Part shown: positions 1-12,011 of the stretch, piece after piece
Layout of the letters: each line of letters starts with the position of its first letter
Numbering within the stretch: position 1 is the stretch's first letter
NCBI GenBank assembly: GCA_043228905.1
Contig: JBHGNT010000005.1
Span: 12,834,001 to 12,898,000, forward strand
From: Azolla caroliniana
Taxonomy: Eukaryota; Plantae; Polypodiophyta
Direction: 5' to 3'
Length of the DNA: 64,000 nucleotides
Notes under the pieces: model-generated
The model's input: the letters and a program-made list of their open reading frames with translations, nothing else
Database searches by the model: none
Told to the model about the DNA's origin: nothing
Position numbers and translations under genes: made by a program

Positions 1-83
1 TATGAAACTCGATTCGGGCAAAGATGGAATGAGGCCGGTGCAACCGGCACCTAGGATAATCCCAGGAAGGGCGGGTACCGGCT

Positions 84-779
84 GTGCAGAGAAATCGAAA
101 GATCCACGGACTTGCGAAAGGTCCTGGAAGAACGAATCCTCGACAGCAAGGTGGAACTGTCACTGAGGGAAGTGCGCGGGATCACCAAGAAGGAGTTCCA
201 CGACGGAGGAAGAGGTTGTCGACGGAGACAGAACTGAAGAAGCCGGTGGAGGTGCGAACGACGCACATAGAGGACATGGCGCTGGAAGACGAGTTGGCAG
301 AGAGCCACTATTCGAGGCCGCACTGGGCCAGAGCGACCATGGAGACCCCCGTGAAGATCAGAGATGTTCATGAACCGGTGGTGGCATTGGTGGACCATGG
401 TTCAGAAATCAATTTGATGTCCATGGACTTCTATAAGAAGGGAAAATGGCCGATCAACACCAAGCACGGGTGGAAAATACGGGCGGCGACGCGTGCCACC
501 GAAGAACTGCATGGAGCCTGCCCGAACGTACGAGTAAAGATCGGCGATGTCGAGATTGACCAGCACTTCTTCGTGCAGGAGATGTCCTCACATCCGGTTA
601 TACTAGGAGAACCGTACATCATGGCAGCACGGATGGAGACCAAGGTGATGGACAACGGCTCGGCCTATGCAAGGGTCAAGAGCTAGGATGGGCGTCACTC
701 GGTCCAGTTCCTGACGGTGAGACCGAACCATGAGAGGAACCGCGAGACCGTCGGGGGCGAGAGCCGGGAGGATTTTTGA
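84..779 (+). pseudogene. Gag C-terminus plus aspartic protease of element A (premature TAG at 684-686; natural end GAT TTT TGA at 771-779)
   Basis: Collinear with ORFs 45228-45854 and 49611-50036, which both end in ...DF*. The frame continues past 686 to the same DF* end. Confidence 0.85.
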
Positions 780-835
780 AGAGGGCTATCAAGGCGTGGG
801 GCCGCGATAGTCCGGACACTCCGGGAAAACCCCAC
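770..835 (+). other. Predicted -1 ribosomal frameshift signal: G_GAT_TTT, 6-nt spacer, H-type pseudoknot
   Basis: Heptamer 770-776. Stem 1 is GGGCTATC 783-790 with GATAGTCC 806-813. Stem 2 is GTGGGG 796-801 with CCCCAC 830-835. The downstream ORF (776..) is in the -1 frame. Confidence 0.8.
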
Positions 836-1301
836 AAGTGTATGATAGCGAAGAAGACCTGTACTATAAGTAGGGAATTTTGGTTCTCCGACAACGGAGG
901 GTGTACGATAGTCGACATTGTTGGCAAGAAGAAGAAAAGGGCGGAGGAGCAACTTCGGGCATGTGGTATCCTCGGCCTTGGAGAGGAAATCAACGGAACC
1001 GTGGAGGCGGTCTCTTTCGTCAATACCTTGGGGGAGCTGCGAGAGGTAGTCGGAGGAGTCCTTAAAGAGGACCGGACGATTCCGGTATGTTCGGAAAAGA
1101 TGTACGAAGTCATCGCGGACTTCAGTAGAGGGCTCGAGTCGAATCACGGCCCAAGTGGACACGAGGTACAAGACTGTGGACCGGAAGGTGAGGCCAGTCG
1201 CAGCTCCCTTGCCGGAGTGCAGCGAGTTGCGAATAAAAGGGGTTGCGTCGGACCCGAGTTTATGAAATCCAGCCCGCATAGGACACACGTTCACCGACAT
1301 A

Positions 1302-4262
1302 ATGCTACGGGAGCTCAAGGTTGGTGGGGGCGGCTTCCTACTGCCGGCGGAGGAGGACCGGTTTCGGGGAATGCTCGGAAGGCACGGGAAGGCTTTCGCA
1401 TTCTCACCGGAGGAGATCGGGTGCGTAGACCCGACAGTCGTGGAACCGATGGTGATATTCACGGTACCGCATGTGCCGTGGAGTCTCAAACCGATTCCAG
1501 TAACCAGAGCTCACATCCCGAAGCTGATGGAGCTGTTAAAGCAGAAGGTCGAGATGGGAATCCTCGAACCATCGAGTGCCCCATACTCGAATCGGTGGTT
1601 TACCGTGCCGAAGAAGGACGGCACGCTGCGCTTTATTCAAGACCTGCAGCCGGTCAACAAGGTGACCATTCGAAACGCAAGAATCGGACCAACAATAGAC
1701 GAGTTCGCGGAGGCCTTCGCCGGAAGGTCGATTTACTCGGTCGGTGATCTCTACTCGGGGTACGATCAGTTCCAGCTTGCCATAGAGAGCAGAGACATCA
1801 CGACAATGCGAACTCCTCTCGGCCTAGTACAGATGTGTACCCTGCCGCAAGGAGGGATGAACTCGGTGGCTCACATGGTGAACGCAATGAACAAAGTGCT
1901 GAGGGATTGTATCCCGGACATCACCATGCCGTTTTTGGACGACGTCCCGATCAAGGGATGCCCGGTGGAGGAAAGGGACGAGACGATCAAACCGGACGGA
2001 TGCCGGAAATTCGTGGCGACGCACATCGACGACTGCCAGAAGGTGCTGCAAAGGTTGGAGGGAGCGAGGCTCACCTTCTCTGGGGGAAAATCGGCCTTCA
2101 GGCAATCAGAGATCATGGTCGTCGGACACCTATGCGGGCCGTACGGCCGGAAACCGTCTCCGGCTAAGGTAGAAGCCATCTCCGCGATGAAGAACGACTG
2201 CAGCTGGGTCACGGAGGTTCGGAGGTTCTTGGGAGTGTGCGCGTTCTACCACATATGGATCCCGCATTACGCTCACATTGCGGAGCCGTTATATGGGTTG
2301 CTGAAAAAGGGGCGAAAATTCGAGTGGAGGGACGAGCATACGGAGTTTGTCCGGAAGATGAAGAAAGCACTTGTCGCGGCTCCGGCGCTCCGAAAGGCTG
2401 TCTACGGAAAGAGCACTCCAATTTACGTAACGGTAGACACGAGTCCGACCGGGATCGGATGGGTCGTCAACCAAGAGGACGAGGACGGCATGCGTTCCTC
2501 GATCCGGTTCGGCACGAAGGTCCTCAGCGAACGACAGCGAGGATATGCCCAGGTTAAACGCGAGCTCTGGGGTATCGTTTCGGCGGTAAAGGCCGATAAA
2601 GACTACCTGATCGAGACAGAGGTAATTATCGAGACGGACTGCCTACCGATCCTTGGCATGGTTTCCGGATGCGTGACGCCGGACCTGGCAATGCTCAGGT
2701 GGATAGCGTACATCAAGTCCCTGAATCCGGAAATACGACACATTTTCGGGAAAGACAACGACATGGCTGACATGCTTTCAAGGGCGAGGTTCGAAAGCGA
2801 CGGCGGCATGGTTTCAAAGGACGAGGAAGTCGGCGTGGACTTCTTCGAGGCGGCTTACGTAACAACTGGCAGGGAATGCTCTCCAACGCTTAACGATTTC
2901 GACGAGAGCAAGTACGACGGGGAGTGGCTGCAGATCGGCGGGTTCCTGAAAACAATGAAACCGGACGCGGCATGGACAACGGACGAGGCCAACCGGATTC
3001 AGAAGAAAGCCTACCGATTCTTTCTTCGGGACGAATACATATGGAAGCACCCGAAGAAGAGGAACGACATCCCGCTCCGAGTGGTGGCGAAGAAGGAGGA
3101 ACAAGAGGATTTGCTAGCGGCGTACCACAATAGCCCGTGGGCTGGACACCGTGGAACGTGGGCCACGTTCGAAAAGCTAAAGGGGAAGTACTGGTGGTCG
3201 GGACTATACCGGGACGTGCATCGGTTCGTGACGACTTGCGAAAGCTGTCAGGTGCACTCCATGATCCGACATCGGGACGAGCTTCACTCGACCTACCCTC
3301 CGACCGTCCACTTCAAGTGGATGGTGGATTTGGTGACGATGCCAATGGGGGTAGGACAGATGCGGTATCTGGTGCTGGCTCGGGAAGATCTAACGAACCA
3401 GGTTGAAGGCCGAGCCCTGCAGAACAAGACGACGGCAGCCGTGTGCCGGTTTTTGATTGAGGACGTAGTATGCCGATACGGGTGCGTAGGGAAGATCGTA
3501 GCTGACCGTGGTGAGTTGGACGCAAAAGAGGCCGAAGAGCTGTTCGATCGGCTAGGACTCAAACTTTCGCTCACCACAATGTACAATCCGGAGGCAAATG
3601 GGAAGGTGGAGCGCGGACACGGGCCAATTGTCAAAGCGCTAGTACGGGCATGCGGAGGCCGAGTCGGGGACTGGCCACGGCTGCTACCTTATGCCTTGTG
3701 GGCGGACCGGACTACGCACAGTTCGGTAACTGGGTTCATGCCGGCCGAGCTGATGTTCGGACAGAAGCCGATCATGCCAACAGAGCGAACGATCTCCTTG
3801 TGGGCCACAGTGGACTGGAGGGATGAGATGAGCCGGGAGGAACTGTTGGCGGCGCGGATTCGACAGCTCGAGCGGAGGCCGGAGGACGTAGAGCGAGCCG
3901 CGGAGAAACTTCGAGTAGCGAGGATAAGGAACAAAGCCCGGTTCGACCGAACACACCGGTTCAGGCCAAGGAAGATCGAGGAAGGCGATTGGGTGCTAGT
4001 CTACGACAGCAGCCTCAACAATCAGCACAGGGCCACGCGGAAGTTTGCGAGGAGGTGGTTCGGGCCTTACGTAGTAACAGGCGCCAACGGCAATGGGACG
4101 TACCATCTCGCGGAGCTCGACGGTACGAGAATGGCGATACCGGTAGCAGGGAAGAGGATCAAAGCGTTCAAGAAATGGCACGACGGGGAGTCGAGGCTAG
4201 GGGGCATGGACAACGACGACGAGCAGCCCGAGGCGGAGGATGAACCGGTAAACGAGGAATAA
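1302..4262 (+). CDS. Pol (RT-RNaseH-integrase) of element A; 986-aa open segment, upstream part shifted by a frameshift mutation near 1130-1150
   Basis: RT motifs (RFIQDLQPVN, DLYSGYDQ, LPQG, FLDD), RNase H, zinc-binding H..H..C..C, integrase core and RWFGPY. No chromodomain. Confidence 0.93.
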   Translation: MLRELKVGGGGFLLPAEEDRFRGMLGRHGKAFAFSPEEIGCVDPTVVEPMVIFTVPHVPWSLKPIPVTRAHIPKLMELLKQKVEMGILEPSSAPYSNRWFTVPKKDGTLRFIQDLQPVNKVTIRNARIGPTIDEFAEAFAGRSIYSVGDLYSGYDQFQLAIESRDITTMRTPLGLVQMCTLPQGGMNSVAHMVNAMNKVLRDCIPDITMPFLDDVPIKGCPVEERDETIKPDGCRKFVATHIDDCQKVLQRLEGARLTFSGGKSAFRQSEIMVVGHLCGPYGRKPSPAKVEAISAMKNDCSWVTEVRRFLGVCAFYHIWIPHYAHIAEPLYGLLKKGRKFEWRDEHTEFVRKMKKALVAAPALRKAVYGKSTPIYVTVDTSPTGIGWVVNQEDEDGMRSSIRFGTKVLSERQRGYAQVKRELWGIVSAVKADKDYLIETEVIIETDCLPILGMVSGCVTPDLAMLRWIAYIKSLNPEIRHIFGKDNDMADMLSRARFESDGGMVSKDEEVGVDFFEAAYVTTGRECSPTLNDFDESKYDGEWLQIGGFLKTMKPDAAWTTDEANRIQKKAYRFFLRDEYIWKHPKKRNDIPLRVVAKKEEQEDLLAAYHNSPWAGHRGTWATFEKLKGKYWWSGLYRDVHRFVTTCESCQVHSMIRHRDELHSTYPPTVHFKWMVDLVTMPMGVGQMRYLVLAREDLTNQVEGRALQNKTTAAVCRFLIEDVVCRYGCVGKIVADRGELDAKEAEELFDRLGLKLSLTTMYNPEANGKVERGHGPIVKALVRACGGRVGDWPRLLPYALWADRTTHSSVTGFMPAELMFGQKPIMPTERTISLWATVDWRDEMSREELLAARIRQLERRPEDVERAAEKLRVARIRNKARFDRTHRFRPRKIEEGDWVLVYDSSLNNQHRATRKFARRWFGPYVVTGANGNGTYHLAELDGTRMAIPVAGKRIKAFKKWHDGESRLGGMDNDDEQPEAEDEPVNEE

Positions 4263-4338
4263 AAGCAAGGATCGGTTTTCTCCCATAGGAACCCAGTTTT
4301 GGCGCATACCGGTGGATGCGCGGTTAGGTGGGGGCGGA

Positions 4339-4930
4339 TGTCGTGAAGAAAACCGTCCCCAGGCGCAAACCGTGTATAGTGTGCGTGAACCGGCCCTTAC
4401 ACGTGGGCACATCCCTTGTCGTATAGTAGATAGGTAGGCACAGAGGTTAAATCCTAGGTAGCAATATTCTATAAGGGAAATCGAGGAGTATCTCTGTCCG
4501 AAAGGACAAAGAATTAATGTGATGTAAACGGGTGAAACGGCCTCCCTCCTTGAGCTATAAAAGAGAGGGAGACAGGGGAGAGAAGGGGGGCGCACGCTAG
4601 AAGGAACGAAGTGCTGTCGGACTGGGACCGAGCTCTTCTTCTCTGTCGTTCTCCATAGATTTCTTTTGCGCAGGTTCTCAGGAGGCTGATTCTGCTCCGT
4701 GGAACGCCTGTGTGCTTCCGGTAGAATCTCCATCTTGCTCTCCTGTGTGCATGGGTGATCAGGCGTCGGCATCCACCTCGCCGACCAGGTCGGCTGTAAC
4801 GGTTCGAGTCATCTGCATACATACAAATACATGCCTATATTTACATACACACTCTAGTGTTCTCAACTCGCGTCTCCTGTGTTGTTGTGACGCGTCCCCG
4901 TGCGCTTCTTTGTCTATACGTGAGTGAGCG

Positions 4931-4998
<68 letters not shown>

Positions 4999-5071
4999 CC
5001 TCACCTATTCCTTGGTCCAAGACCCCAGTGGTCCCGCTTTGTTCTCCACGCACGCGCGTAACAACGCGACA
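4339..5071 (+). repeat. 3' LTR of element A (733 bp) containing a (CT)n tract
   Basis: TGTCGTG...CGCGACA inverted termini, preceded by the G-rich tract. TATAAAAG near 4556, (CT)n at ~4934-4994. Followed by ACGG. Confidence 0.85.
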
Positions 5072-5075
5072 ACGG

Positions 5076-6657
5076 GGGGGCTTGCTTCAGTCTGTAGTGG
5101 GACTTCTTCAGTTGGCAGACTACCAACTTGGTCAATTCAAATTAAAATACGAGAGGTTGCACCATGTACACATGTTCCACAAGGTCGACTTGGAGGAATG
5201 TGTTCGTGACGTCCATCTGATGCACGTGCCATCCCTTTGTCGTTGCTACAGGTAGCAACACCCGGACGATCGCCATCTTCGCGGTCGGCGCAAATGTTTC
5301 GTCGTAATTGATTCCGTGTTGTTGTGCATGGCCCTTGGCCACCAATTGGGTCTGACGGAGCCGTTGACATTGTATTTTACCTTGTACACCCATCAGAAGC
5401 CAATCGGCTTGACTCCTCGTTCCAGCCGATCTCCTTGAACTTGGAGGTGTAATCGGCCATCGACATGTCTCTTTGTCGAACATTGCTAAGCTCTTGTTTG
5501 GGCTACAACTTTCTGTCTGTTGTGCTTGTTGCGAAGATCCTCTTTAGGTTCCCCCAGGCTTCCTTTGGCATCTTGGTATCCCGGATAGCTCAATAGTTGG
5601 TCGCCCGCACAAGATGCGAATCAATACAACACTTTGCTCGCCGCCTGGTCCCATGCTGGGAAATCTATGTGTGTCGAATCTGGTGTTGCATCGTTAGTTC
5701 CTTCAACATAGCTCTAGTACTCGTGTCCGAGCAGGTACTGGTGCATCTTGTACGACCAAGATGCATATTTGCTCCTGTCGAGCTTTTCCTTCGGAAGGGA
5801 ACTACCCCTTCCTCTCTCCATGTTCTCGTTTGTTCTTGTCCCGAAGACGAAGGCTTGTCTCTGTGTTGGTTCGCTTTCTCGGCCACAAAGGATCTTCAAC
5901 CCTCTCGCTTTGATATTGTTGGCATAAAAGGCCGACTCCTTCCAATTTGTATCCTAATGTGAACTCGTCCAAAAGAGTTATGGCTTAGTATATAAGCAAG
6001 AACCTAACGGTGTAAATGAGAGAGAACTTCTTGATCATCTTGTATAGCGATCTCTGAGTGAGAGAGAGTGAGAAAGAACGTAATATATCAAAGCTTCCAT
6101 TAAAGCTTAGAACGTGTCCATTCTTTGTTTATTCTCTTGCCTTCCTTCTGTGTTGTTTGTTGAACACTACGACAGATCCTCATACATACATTTCCGCACA
6201 TATTCGATCAACAGATACCATGTAAAACAATAGTGTGCAGAAGCTCATGCAAAACAGAACACAGTCGGCTCAGTCGGACACATGTAGACAATTAGGTATA
6301 CATAGAGAGAGAGAGAGAGAGAGCAAACAAAAAAAAACTTCTATTACAATAACTTAGTATTCTATACATACAATAGTGCTCAGTGAGCACTTTTATGCGA
6401 GCCCTCTGACAATGGATTGACTGAAGTACTGAAAAGTTCTTCAATGCTCATAAAAGAGCATATGGCGCTAATTGCCTATTATATTCCTATTACTAAAATA
6501 GGAATATAGGCCTCTAACGGCCTATCGGCTCCCAGCCGATTCGGTATCCAGTTTCTTTGGTTGACTCTACCCAGTCGATCCGACTATCAGCTTCTTCAAC
6601 AGACTTGTCCTTTCGGCCTTTAGCTGGTTCGGCTTATGTTGAGCTTGTCTCTTAACA
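5076..6657 (-). mobile_element. Degenerate Ty1/Copia element with a large internal deletion (gag N-terminus joined to RT) and probable 5' LTR 5917-6657
   Basis: Minus-strand EKLDRSKYASWSYKMHQYL (gag) and NYDETFAP/WHVHQMDV (RT). Decayed Met-i PBS complement GCTTTGATAT at 5907-5916. TG...CA bounded LTR-like segment. Related to element E. Confidence 0.75.
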
Positions 6658-6788
6658 CTTTGAAGGTGTTTAACATACTCGAATGGTTCATACTATGGTT
6701 TTAGTAGCAATAAATCTGGCCATTTTAGTTAGTTTATCAACTACAACCCAAATGGCATGATGACCTTTGTAGGTGCAAGGAAGGCTAA

Positions 6789-7143
6789 TGTTGAGAATCA
6801 AACTCAACTTAGCCTAGTGTGGGAACACACCTGAGAAAATGTAAAGTGTGTGAACACACCACCACTATGTAACATAACATGAGTTACATTCTGGGACACA
6901 TAGTTATTAAGGTAGTTAAGGTTTCCCCCCTTTTTCAAGAGGGCATTTTTAGTAAGAGAATGTAAGAGAAGGTGATTATATAAGCACCTCCCTCTCTCCT
7001 TTGTAACAGTTGGTTGGCATTCTTGTGAATATACAGTTTTCTGTTTTTCTATCTTGTGTCTATTTTCTCTTCTCTCATACACATACACACATACATCCCT
7101 AATCTATTTCTGTTGCACATAATCACATAGTTGATTATTTACA
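6789..7143. mobile_element. Solo LTR (355 bp) inserted in the integrase of the old Gypsy
   Basis: TGTTGAG...TTTACA termini like the Copia E LTR. Flanks GCTAA/ACTAA (5-bp TSD, one mismatch). Integrase sequence resumes on both sides. Confidence 0.7.
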
Positions 7144-8052
7144 ACTAACAATGAAATCCATGGATATACTTTTCCATTTATTATTAGGAATGTCCAAGGG
7201 ATGTAAAAGTCTAGCAACTTTAAGTCGCTCGGCTTTGTTAACCTGACACCAACCTAACATTGATGACATTTACTCACATAGTTATGTATGTCAGGATGCA
7301 TCTTAAGCCAATAAAATTGAATGGAGATGAGAGCGAGTGTGCAATGTATTCAAGGGTGCATTGTGGGATTTGAAAAGAATTCTCTTTTTTACCTCAAGCA
7401 AATCTGGAACACAAACCTTCCCATTGCGCTAGAGCAGACTGTTAGCAATGTAGAAGGATTCCTTCGAGGTTGTGGTGTTGTTTGTTCTAGACTCAACTCT
7501 TGCCCAATATTTTCCAAAATAATTGTCATCAAGGTTCTTTCCTCGAACGTGATCATAAAGATATGAAGTTATTTCAGGGAATCTAAACATCTTAACTTCA
7601 TGGATGTGACAATGTGTTCATGGAACCTTTACAATATTGTATGGGAAAATCAAAGTCTTGGATGAGATCTACCCATCATTCCTTATGACCCTTAAGGTAT
7701 TTTTTGTCACAAACATATTTCAACGACTTGTGGTTAGTAGTTACCATAAAATGATTTCCATAAAGATAATGGCGCCATGACTTTAGTGCATGGATAACTG
7801 CAAATAATTCCTTTTCTTGAACTCTATACTGACCTTGAGTAAGATCAAGTTTCTTACTCTCAAATGTTATTGGTTTGCTATCTTGATATAAAACAACACC
7901 TATAACATAATTACTTGCATCAATTTCAACTTGAAAAGATTTTGAAGGATCTAGTAAACGAAGCGACGGAGCCTTGCACAACTAGCCTTCATTTCCTTAA
8001 AGGTGAGGTCTAATGTAGCATTCTATACTATCAGTTTTGTAGGCTTGCACGT

Positions 8053-8684
8053 TGTCGCGAAGATGCTCGTGTGCGTGTGCTACTTGAGCAGGACCACCGG
8101 GGCCATGGACCAGGGAGGACGTTCACGAATTTGTCGAAAAGATGACGGTGTGGATGTTACAGTCGAGGAAACCCATGTTACATTTTTAAAAAACAAAGAT
8201 TTTTTTAGACTCGAGAAGAAGATTATATTGATGGTGATGATAATGATATCACATATTGAGCTCCCCCCTTTTGCACAAGCCGTACTAGGGGTTTTATAGG
8301 TTTGTCCATGCACAAAACCATGGGCTTGGAGCCATGGTTTCTGTGCACATAGTTTTGCTTCGTGACATGCAGAAAACCAGGGGCTTAAAACCATGGTTTT
8401 GTGTACACGGTTTTGTACGTTTGTTTCCTACAAAATACTGAATATGAGAAAGAAATATAGAAAATTTAAAGCACTTAGTAGTAGCATTAGTGGTAAGGTA
8501 ATTGCCTCTTATCTTAGAGGTGCAAGGTTCAAATCTTACTTGCAACCCTCTACATGCACTCAATGCCATTGTGACCTAGGTTTATTTATTACTGATTTAT
8601 TTTCATTTTTACAAGTATTCGTGAAATGTGTGTGGATCCTCAATTTTTGACTTTTTCTCGCATTAGACATGTCACACCACGACA
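8053..8684 (-). mobile_element. Solo LTR of family W (632 bp) with 4-bp TSD ACGT
   Basis: TGTCGCG...CACGACA termini. ACGT at 8049-8052 and 8685-8688. Reverse complement of the left end matches the family's U5 motif. Host RT frame (DLLKGQT|CKPTKL) is contiguous across the insertion. Confidence 0.85.
8482..8550 (+). other. tRNA-like (A-box/B-box) segment inside the solo LTR, antisense to the LTR
   Basis: TAGCATTAGTGG ... GGTTCAAATC at tRNA-like spacing. Similar to the reverse complement of 47303-47373. Confidence 0.5.
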
Positions 8685-11600
8685 ACGTTTGACCTTTAAG
8701 AAGATCAATCAATGTCATCATCAATTGGTGCTTGGTGCGAAGAGATTTTCGCAAAAACCCAATAAAACCAAGGAATGATCGAACTTCTCGAATATTTCAA
8801 ATAGTGGGCCAAAGTTTGACTTTCTCGATGCGAGAAGGATCAATTTCAACTCCTCGTTCGGTTATGAGATGTCTGAGATGTGGAATTGATTTCTTGAAGA
8901 ACTCGCATTTCGAGATCTTCGCGTAGAATTGTTTGTCTCGCAATGTTTGTAAAACAAAGCAAACATGTTTACCATATCCTTCTAATGTATGACTATAAAC
9001 TAGAATATCATCCAAGAAAACGACGACAAATTTTCTAAGTTATTCTCAGAAGATGTTATTCATTTCTTGTTGAAATGTGGTCAGAGCATTGGTCAAACCA
9101 AAACGCATGAACAAAAACTTATGGTGGCCATAGCGCGTACGAAATGTTGTTTTAGGAACATCCTCCTTACTTATGCGAATTTATGGTAGCCCGTACGGAG
9201 ATCAAGTTTTTAAAATTATCAAGCTCCTTGGAGACGGTCAATCAAATTGTCTGCCCGGGGCAATGGATATAAATTCTTGATTGTCACTTTATTCAAGCGT
9301 TGGTAAGTAATAAACATACACCATGTGCCCTCTTTCTTTTCTACCAAGAGAACATGTGCACCCTATGAAGATTTACTACAATGTATATGGGTGTATATAA
9401 CCCATTCATAAATTATCCTTGAATTACTTAGATACCTCATCCTCTTCAAATTGACTTAATCAATACGAAGGTATACTTATTAGTGTAACCCCAATAAAAG
9501 ATCTATATGATGGTCTATATTATGTTTAGGAGGTAGTTCACTTAGAAAAACATCATGGAAATCATTTAAGATTTCATTGAGTAGTTGTTCAATATAAGAT
9601 AAATTATCCAGGACACTATTTATATTATAAACTTGAATGTATGGATTAAGTACACAATAAAATAAAGTAAAACAAGACAACTCGGATACTAATAGAGAGG
9701 AAACAATCAAATGAGACTATTTTTTAGCACATTGAATAAAATGAGTACAATTTTTTAGTGTAAAAGTTATTGAACGGTGAACCCAATCAATAGATAAAGA
9801 AGAGTTTTTATTAAAGAACTAGGGATAACCCAATATTACATTAGTGGTACAAAGATTCATTGCATGGAAATCTACTTGTTCTATATAAGTATCAATGTAA
9901 ATTGTCAATAAATGAATCACCCCATTGATGTATTGTACTCTTCCATCAGCCAAGTGCACCTTATAGGTGTGATCACATATGGTAGGTTGGATTCCCCATA
10001 TCTGAACCAAACTATCATTCACAAAATTATGTGAGCTTCTTGAATCAAATAAGAATTGTACTGGAGATCCATTGATATACTCATTTGTGACAGTTTGCAC
10101 ATAGTAAATCATTGGGTCCCAATACATAGTGAGAGAAGGAACATTTACAACTACTTAAATGATGTGTATAGACCTCAAGGACATCAAGAACTGACCTCTA
10201 TGGTCTGCAACTTTGTTTTTGTTGTTGTGCTATTTGCATTGGAGCTTCGAACATTGCTCTTTTGTGTGAGTGACTCTTCTTTTTACAAAACACGCAATAA
10301 GGATTTTGTCGTTAAAATCATGATCCAAGAATTCGTTGGGTGTCTTGCATTGTCATGATGTGGGAAGCTCAAGGGAGGAACGCATGTTATTGCGACAACA
10401 TTTCCCAACGAATTGTAGTTGCGTAGTCTCTGACCACTTCAGGTTTGTTATGGTCCTTCTTCGAAGTGCGTTGATAATGAAGGACTATGTCAAAGCCCTC
10501 TTCGAAGGATTTGGGGTCCTTATCGTGCATTATCCAATGATAATCCGATTTGGGAATGCCATTGACAATTTATGTAAAGGTTTGATCCAATTTGTGGCCC
10601 AATCGTGGGGCGTAAAATGTTTTAATGCATGAGTAAACATATCACTTAGACATGCACATGAGTCCTTTCCCATCAATTTGAGCATTTCAACCATTATACA
10701 TTGAAAATATCTTGTGTTTCAAGAGGCCAATTTATGAAGTCCTAGGCATATATCTTCAATCATAAAGAAGGGAGGCATATGTGAAAGAGAACCATAACAC
10801 ACCATCTTTCAAGAAATTGATAGCTCATATAACTTATTACAATGCATAAACAAGTCAATAAGAGTTTAATCACCATATCTCTCAACACATTTCATCTTTA
10901 GATTTCCCAAAATTTACAACATGCATGTGTTTGGAGAAATATTTGAATAACCTCCCATATTCTTCTCTTATTTGAATAGGTCTTTCGTACCTATGCAAAT
11001 GCTTTTGATAATTTTCTTTATCCTTAACTACATCCGGAATCACATGGCACTTTCGAGTTTCATGACATTATTTATCAAACCATTTTTTTTCTTTTAGCTA
11101 CATTCCTTGATGTGTTTCCATTATGTGTGTGCTTGATCAAAAAACATTTGTTTGTGCATGAGAAAATGACTTTCTTGAAAGCTTCCCATTTGCATTCTAT
11201 TGTGGCACTATTCAAGTGTACCTTAAGGTTCTATTACGAGCATAACCGTAATCAGAGTGTCTTTCTTGAAAGCTTCCCATTTACATTCTAGTGTCTCTTA
11301 ATTCACATAAGGAATGAAGGGTTAAGATTGAGTTATCTCAATCATACGGTGGAGATAACTTTAGAGTGTTTTATCATTTGGCTACTTTTTATAAAAAAAA
11401 TCAAACAAGTGTGAACACAAGGGTTTGAGTCTATATAAAAAGGCTAGCTACATTCATGAGGGGAAATTTATTTTCTTCTGGCAAAGCTCTAGCGTCATAC
11501 ACGTGTGCCTCCTTCTTGTTCAAACCCTAGGTACGATCCATGTCTGTACATAGTGGTATGGGATATTAGCAAGGAACTTGGATCTGTTTCTCACCTTCAC

Positions 11601-11738
11601 GAGTGGGTGATTGGTTGGACTGCCGCTCTTTCTTCCTTATTTCCCCTCTTTAATTTTGCTTAACATTAATTTCTAACATATTCATAATAAAGTGTGTTTG
11701 TTTATTATCGTTAATGACCTTCTCACAATCAAACATAT

Positions 11739-12011
11739 TCATACATTTAAGGTCATACATAAAGTCCTATGATCAAAATCAGGTGTCCATTCACTAAGTG
11801 AGAATTGGTGTATGTGATCCAAGATACCTTCGAAAATTAGCATATTGTCAATCACACTAATTCCATTGTGTTTTCTACATGTAAAACCATTGGTGTTCAT
11901 GCATAGTGATAGATCATTTGCAATAAACATTTTGGTACTATTGCACATTTGTAGGAGTAACTTCTCAAATTGGTCCTGATCTTTTTCATCAATAGAAGAG
12001 TGACTATACAT
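11739..12011 (-). mobile_element. Degenerate non-LTR retrotransposon (LINE) APE-type endonuclease fragment
   Basis: FTC..NGISVIDN..L....DH pattern resembles the C-terminal motifs of LINE endonucleases. Confidence 0.55.

Larger units (their letters stand above)
1..5071 (+). mobile_element. Ty3/Gypsy LTR retrotransposon A (family W); 5' part lies outside the window
   Basis: Gag tail and protease (ALVDHGSEIN), then RT (PFLDD), RNase H (TVDTSPTG..ETDC) and integrase (H-H-C-C, W-M-V-D core, GPY). G-rich plus-strand primer tract at 4322-4338 and 3' LTR 4339-5071. Confidence 0.95.
6678..10630 (-). mobile_element. Old, fragmented Ty3/Gypsy element (gag-PR-RT-RH-IN) of the same family as element F
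   Basis: Minus-strand fragments FLFDSRSSHNF (PR), FLDDILVYS (RT), EIDASNY..EKELFAVIHALKSWRHYL (RH) and AIWVVVDKLTK (IN), collinear with 30416-34819. Confidence 0.85.

Noticed and set aside
695-1489. 264-aa antisense ORF over the PR/RT junction
   Set aside because: Not kept open in copies B, C or G; expected shadow of GC-rich coding sequence.
1140-1747. C-terminal half of ORF 776-1747 as a separate protein
   Set aside because: Out-of-frame continuation after a frameshift mutation; G keeps this region in the pol frame.
1930-1945. RT catalytic motif FLDD instead of YxDD
   Set aside because: F-x-DD is common in plant Gypsy RTs and also occurs in the unrelated element F here.
4759-5255. ORFs with (RE)n or (SL)n tracts (also ~15602-15956 and 43464-43742)
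   Set aside because: Translations of (GA/CT)n microsatellites.
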